A stretch of 64,000 nt of DNA from an uncultured Desulfomicrobium sp. (GTDB lineage: Bacteria; Desulfobacterota; Desulfovibrionia; Desulfovibrionales; Desulfomicrobiaceae), in NCBI GenBank assembly GCA_937872685.1, contig CALMTS010000500.1, positions 11,560-75,559 on the forward strand, in the 5' to 3' direction. Positions 63,046-64,000 of the stretch are shown one piece after another; the stretch's first letter is position 1, and the number at the start of each line of letters is the position of its first letter. The translations under genes were made by a program, and so were the position numbers. The notes beneath the pieces were generated by a model. It was not told the origin of the DNA, did no database searches, and worked only from the letters and a program-made list of their open reading frames with translations.

Positions 63046-64000
63046 ATGGCACTCAGCCTGAACACCCTGCTCCCCCCGGCGCTGCTGGAGAACCCGGTCC
63101 TGGCTGCGGCGGAGCTGCCCCGCGCACTGATGACCCGCGTGAACTTCATCCCCGGCGTGCGGCACCGCCTCGGCTGGCGCGGCGTTCGCGCCTGCGTCAA
63201 GGGCAGGGGCGGGGTCACCGTGCGCATTACCGGCATGCCAGGCGTCTACGGCGTGCATCCCCTGAACACGGGGTTGGTCGATGGGACAGGGCTGGCGACC
63301 TTCGCGCTGTTCTATTTCCCTGCCCCCGACGAGGAGTTGGTCGAGCGTTTCAGCGTGCAGGCGGGAATCATCGCCCAGGCCGAAGACTACCTCGACCGCG
63401 TCCGCGAATTCACCCTGCACGACGACCTGCGCACCCTGTTCGGCATCGCCGTCCTGGAGGCGTATTTCCGCCCCGCAACCGGGGTGTCGCTTGCTCTGAC
63501 CGCGCCACGGCACGATATCGTGCTGGCCCTGGATGGCGTTACCGTGCAGGCGCCGTTGGGGCAGGTGCAGGCCGTCGAGCCCGGCGGGGAGGACCAGAAT
63601 CTGCCCGCGTGGGACGTGGCGGTCCCTTTTTTCGACGCGCTGGCGGCCTCGGCCTCATATTGCCTCGGGCTTTCGCCCCAGTCCATGATGAAGAGCTCTC
63701 GGCCGGGCATGCGCCGGGTGTATGGGGGCGGAAGCGGCCTGCGGTCGGAGACGGAGCCGCGAGCGCGGGACATCCGTTTTGGGCTGGGGTGGGACATGGC
63801 GGTGCCCGCAAATGCGGACATGAAGACCACGGAACTGTGCTGGGCCGCGCCGGAACCCCTGCCGGACGAGTACGGCGACGCGCTCTGGCGTTCGCCAGAC
63901 GTGCCGGGTGCCGCCAACAGCCTGGACAAGCGCACCATGGGCATTACGGAACGGCCCCGGCTTATCGTGCTGACGGGCTTTCTCGGTTCGGGCAAGACCA
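63046..64000 (+). CDS. Partial gene: COG0523 (CobW/P47K) G3E GTPase with a ~305-aa N-terminal extension; runs off the window
   Basis: Translated by hand: open from ATG 63046 (GGAG SD) with no stop; ends LIVLTGFLGSGKT. Missing from the ORF track because it has no stop. Confidence 0.8.
   Translation, partial: MALSLNTLLPPALLENPVLAAAELPRALMTRVNFIPGVRHRLGWRGVRACVKGRGGVTVRITGMPGVYGVHPLNTGLVDGTGLATFALFYFPAPDEELVERFSVQAGIIAQAEDYLDRVREFTLHDDLRTLFGIAVLEAYFRPATGVSLALTAPRHDIVLALDGVTVQAPLGQVQAVEPGGEDQNLPAWDVAVPFFDALAASASYCLGLSPQSMMKSSRPGMRRVYGGGSGLRSETEPRARDIRFGLGWDMAVPANADMKTTELCWAAPEPLPDEYGDALWRSPDVPGAANSLDKRTMGITERPRLIVLTGFLGSGKT

Overview
GC-rich chromosomal segment from a sulfate-reducing Desulfovibrionales bacterium. 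The gene content suggests Desulfomicrobium, but that is inference and no search was run. About 60 intact CDSs, one tRNA-Val(CAC) and several intrinsic terminators; no CRISPR array, IS element, prophage gene or clear pseudogene was seen. Most of the window is housekeeping: phsAB-like molybdoenzyme, ADP-forming acyl-CoA synthetase, arfB, envC-ctpA-deacetylase, prmA, argD, dut, glgP, tlyA, trmH, aroC, rfbBD-hrcA-grpE, trmL, cbiB, proC, ndk, gap, GldAFG-like ABC system, dnaK, lpoA-like, gatCA, mnmA, mtaB, yicC-remA-gmk-pyrF, and an EF-G paralogue. Four things stand out. (1) A translationally coupled pair of a ParB-like protein and a spore-photoproduct-lyase-like radical SAM enzyme that appears to lack the SPL catalytic Cys/Tyr and has extra Cys (52916-54978). 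(2) An uncharacterised module at the right end: FadR-type regulator with two PdhR/LldR-like palindromes upstream, a small protein, a five-repeat membrane protein, a Tat-exported MBL-fold hydrolase, and a COG0523 GTPase with a ~305-aa N-terminal extension (59168-64000, runs off the window). (3) A PilZ + VpsT/CsgD-like transcription factor with two kinds of c-di-GMP motif, plus a GAF/degenerate-GGDEF/PilZ receptor. (4) An EF-G paralogue lacking the catalytic His, behind a structured leader with a uORF. All family assignments come from motif recognition by eye. Start codons were adjusted from the ORF track using RBS position and gene overlaps.
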